In this document: positions 60,076 to 64,000 of the stretch, piece after piece | How the letters are laid out: the number at the start of each line of letters is the position of its first letter | Position numbering within the stretch: position 1 is the first letter of the stretch | NCBI RefSeq assembly: GCF_009914755.1 | Contig: NC_060944.1 | Length of the DNA stretch: 64,000 nt | Source: the human T2T-CHM13v2.0 reference genome, Homo sapiens | Strand: one strand, 5' to 3' | Position numbers and translations under genes: made by a program | The notes under the pieces: generated by a model | The model's database searches: none | Seen by the model: only the letters and a program-made list of their open reading frames with translations | What the model was told of the DNA's origin: nothing

Positions 60076-60627
60076 TGTGGCAGAAGCTATTTTCTCCAAA
60101 TGGCTATAATGATCTATCTGGCCTCACATGCTCTTCCGGGGCCTTGCCACACTCTGTTAAGTGGCAGAGGTGATTGATTTCCCTGTCATTTGAACCTGGG
60201 TGGATTCTGTGGCTGCTTCGGCGACTAGAATGCAGTGGAAGTGAGCCTGAATGACTCCTGAGGTCAGGTCAGAAAAGGCGATGTAGCTTTTGCTTGTCTC
60301 TGTCTCTCCCCCACCCCCTTCATCCCTGGAACCCAGCCACCATGTTGGGAGGAAGCCCAAGCCTGCCCACATGGGTAGATCACATGGAGAGGCCCATGAA
60401 GAAAAACAGGCCTCCAGCCAACAGCCGGTCTCTACCACCAGATATGGAGTGAGTGAGCCTTCGGATGATTCTAGCCCCAGCCTTTAAGACTTCTGACTGA
60501 GGCTCCAGACACCTTAAAGCAGAGACAGGCTGCTTCTGCCACCCAAATTCTTGACTCAGAATCCATTAGCATAAAAAATGTTTATGCTTCTAAGTTTGAG
60601 GATAATTTGTTACACAGCTATAGTAAC
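60076..60627 (+). mobile_element. MLT1F/H-type MaLR LTR
   Basis: ggaacccagccaccatgttgggaggaagcccaag...gataatttgttacacagctatagtaact. Confidence 0.75.
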
Positions 60628-60639
60628 TGGGTTGCTTGT

Positions 60640-61340
60640 CTGATAAGCCCATTCCCCTTGCCAGGGATTGGTTTGAGGGTGGGCTTGGGATTCAACTCCA
60701 GCCAATGAGAAGTGAGGGGGTGTCTACTGAGGGGACTTCTGGGGGAGATTTCCTGCTCTTGAAAGAAAAGTATTAGCCAGGCACAGTGGCTCATGCCTGT
60801 AATCCTAGTACTTTGGGAGGCTGAGGGGGGTGGACAGATCACTTGAGCCCAGAAGTACAAGAGCAGCCTGGACAACATGGCAAAACTCTGTCTCTATAAA
60901 AAATACAAAAATTAGCCATCTGTGATGGTGCATGCCTGTAGTCCCAGCTACTCAGGAGATTGAGACAGGAGGATCACGTGAGTCTGGGAGGTCGAGGCTG
61001 CAGTTAGCCAAGATTACTCCACTGAACTCCAACTTGGGTGACACAGTGAAACCCTGTCTCATTAAAAAAAAAAAAAAGGAAGGAAGAAAAAAGTTATCAG
61101 AAGATGCAGTCCTTTACTCCCTCCAGATGAGGCTGTATGAGAAGATAATAACTGGGCAATGGCAGCCACGTTTAGACTATGAGGGGAGTAACCCAAAGAT
61201 GGTGGAATACAAAAAGAGGAAGAATCTTGGTCCTTAAGTGAATAAGCCATGGATTATCCAACCTTGGGCCCACCCCACTTCAGTGAAATAATAACCCCCC
61301 TATGTTTAAAGCATTTTGAGTTTGACTTATTACTTTCTAA
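60640..61340 (+). mobile_element. ERVL LTR (LTR16/LTR33-like), split by an Alu
   Basis: cccttgccagggattggtt...cagccaatgagaagtgagg...cttctgggggagatttcct. Confidence 0.5.
60775..61078 (+). mobile_element. AluJ element
   Basis: ggaggatcacgtgagtctgggaggtcgaggctgcag. Confidence 0.92.
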
Positions 61341-61818
61341 GTGATATATTGCCTTTCCCCTCACATCCCACCTTTCCCCTGCTCCGGCTCACCTCTGAAT
61401 TTGGGGCAGGAAGGGCTTAAGAAGCTCTGGTACACAAAGAAAAAATTCCTGTTTAGTATCCTCGAAGGTCAACAGTGGGAGGGAATTGAAAGGGGATTCT
61501 GGCCAGGAGGTCTGATAGTGGAGAAAAGAGGTTAAGAAAGAAAGGGAGAAAGTCAAAGGTAAAGACCAGTGAGGGAAGAAACAGAAAAGATCATGCAGTA
61601 AAAACAAGAAAAGTAAGGACAAAAGAACAGGACAGAGATCTGGGGGGAAATAGTAAGGGCTTCAAGGCTACAAGACATACTTTGACCACCCTCTGATGCC
61701 AGAACAGTCTTCCTCACATCCTCTTATGAGGCCACACAAGACAGGGATTAAACATGCAAACTCTGGAGATAGAATTATGATTCCATTACTTTCTGTCTAG
61801 ATGAACTTGGGCAAATTA

Positions 61819-62160
<342 letters not shown>

Positions 62161-62194
62161 GGTCACCCCAAGGGGTTGCTGAAAGGATTTTACT

Positions 62195-62735
62195 CAGGAC
62201 TCTACTAAGCTGTCAGTACAGAAATTCAATTCAGGCTTCAGCAATATAGAAAAATATTTGACTCATATCCCTGAAAGGTCAAAGAGTATCTGGCTTCAGG
62301 CATGGCTGGATCCAGGGACTCAAATATCAGGAGTGGATCTCTATGCGTCTTTTGTCTCTTTTTCTCCCATTGCCATTACTTTCAGTCAAGCTTCCCCTCC
62401 AAGGTTGCACGCAGATGTAGCCCTATGTCCCACCTTCTCAGCAGGTTCAAAGGGCTGATACCTTTGTTCCTGGGTTTTGGGAGTGCTATGATTGCACCAA
62501 TATGTGTCCTGTACCCATTCCTGCACATATTAAGTAACTAAGGGGATGGATTATGCTGATCAACCAGACCAGGGTCCTTGGTATGGAGGCTGGGCCAGCT
62601 CTACCCCAACCACGTGGGCTAAGATGGTAAATGTAGTAAATGCATGTGTGTGTGTTTGGGAGTGAGAGGGAGGTTTCCAGAAAAATTGAGTTGCTATTAA
62701 AAGAAGCAGGGATGACTACCAGACAGACACAACAG
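62195..62735 (-). mobile_element. Old MaLR LTR (MLT1K-like)
   Basis: tggcttcaggcatggctggatccagggactcaaat. Confidence 0.65.
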
Positions 62736-62761
62736 AGTTTACAATAAGTACGCTTGGCAGC

Positions 62762-63548
62762 TATGTTAGGACGTTCTTGCATTGCTATAAAGAAATACTT
62801 GAGACTGGGTAATTTATACAGAAAAGAGGTTTAATTGGCTTACAGTTCTGCAGGCTTTACAGGAAGCATGATGCTGGCACCTGCTTGGCTTCTGGGGAGG
62901 CCTCAGGAAGCTTCCAATCATGGCAGAAGGTGAAGGGGGAGCAGGCATGTCACATAGCAGGAGCAGGAGCAAGAGAGAGAGAGTGGGGAGGTGCCACATT
63001 TTTAAATAGCCAAATCTTGCAAGAAGTCACTCACTATTGTGAGGACAGCACTAAGAGAATGGCACTTCCCTCTCTCGTCTCCCGATTTCACACACACCAT
63101 GCCATCTGCCTGATGCACTCTTTGCCTTCCCTCTTTGCCCACAGCATGGTGCATCCTTCTGATTTCAGCACAAACATTACATGCTAACGGTCCCTCCTAT
63201 GTGCTCCCAAGCCCCCTGGGCTTTTCTCATTATGGACATGTCATGCCATGGTGATTACGAGGCTCCCTCTCCAGAACAAGGTTTCTCAACTTTGGCACCA
63301 CTGACATTGGGGACTGCATCATTCTTTGTTGTTAGGGGGCTGTCCAGGGCACTGCACAATGTTTATTGGCATCTCTGGCCTCTACCCATTACAGGACAAC
63401 AGAATTCCCCCCACCTTCAGTTGTGACAACAATAGTCATGAGAAATCCACCGCCACGAGCTAATCACCTCCCACCAGGCCCCACCTCCAGTACTGAGAAT
63501 TACAAATTAACATGAGATTTGGGCAGGGACACAGATCCAAACTACATC
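62762..63548 (-). mobile_element. MSTB-type MaLR LTR interrupted by a ~370-bp foreign segment (63063-63435)
   Basis: ttcttgcattgctataaagaaatacttgagactggg...gaggacagcactaagagaatgg, resuming at tcatgagaaatcc...gggacacagatccaaac. Confidence 0.85.
63277..63430 (-). mobile_element. MER20 fragment (truncated)
   Basis: caaggtttctcaactttggcaccactgacattgggg...ctggcctctaccc...cagttgtgacaac. Confidence 0.75.
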
Positions 63549-63616
63549 CGAGCTAACACTTCCGCTGCTCGGGACTTCTCTAAGAGAAGCAATTTCAAGG
63601 AAGGCAAACCCTGACT

Positions 63617-64000
63617 CTTTTTTCTTTTTTTTAATTTAATTTAATTTAATTTAATTTAATCTAATTTAATTTTAAGTTCTGGGATACACGTGCAGGACGT
63701 GCAGGTTGGTTACATAGGTAAACATGTGCCGTGGTGGTTTGCTGCACCCATCAACCCGTCACCTAAGTATTAAGCCCCGCATGCATTAGCTATATATCCT
63801 GATGCTCTCCCTCCCTCATTCCCCCTGCAACAAGCCCCAGTGTGTGTTGTTGCCCTCCCTGTGTTCTGATTGCTAGGCTCTCACTTATAACTGAGAACAT
63901 GCAGTGTTTGGTTTTCTGTTCCTGTGTTCGTTTGCTGAGGATAATGGCTTCCAGCTTCATCCATGTCCCTGCAAAGGACATAATCTTGTTTCTTTTGTGG
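63617..64000 (-). mobile_element. L1PA-type (older primate) LINE-1 3' end, continuing past the window edge
   Basis: ttaagttctgggatacacgtgcaggacgtgcaggttggttacatagg; ORF-track peptide MSFAGTWMKLEAIILSK matches the L1 ORF2 C-terminal region; (TTAAT)n tail. Confidence 0.9.

Noticed and set aside
63790-63981. 63-aa ORF MSFAGTWMKLEAIILSK...
   Set aside because: Degenerate remnant of the LINE-1 ORF2 3' end, not a host gene

Overview
Primate, almost certainly human, genomic DNA that is intergenic or lncRNA/intronic in character. I find no supportable protein-coding exon; every long ORF in the track comes from Alu, LTR or L1 sequence or from simple repeats. The window is dominated by interspersed repeats: about 40 Alu copies or fragments, many MIR/L2 relics, roughly 20 MaLR/ERVL LTR pieces, a MER57-type ERV1 solo LTR, several L1 3' fragments and hAT DNA transposons (MER20, MER33, MER58A, MER91A, MER102, Charlie-like). 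It also holds one full-length U6 snRNA retropseudogene (minus strand, 35995-36104), a promoter-like CpG-enriched element near 520-940, several long simple or tandem repeats, and a few repeat-free blocks that look like enhancers (about 41.2-41.7, 51.9-53.5 and 57.1-59.2 kb). I do not see a new multi-gene biological system. The most unusual observations are structural: a 33-bp direct repeat bracketing a 2.25-kb TE composite; an MSTA LTR with an internal inverted duplication; an MSTB LTR interrupted by a fragment of older repeats; an AluY with a triplicated B-box segment; three Alus sharing a non-consensus 18-mer; and apparent reuse of one L1-endonuclease target site by an L1 and a U6 retrocopy. 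Repeat subfamily names come from my recall of consensus sequences and boundaries are approximate; RepeatMasker/Dfam should confirm them. The chromosomal locus was not assigned.
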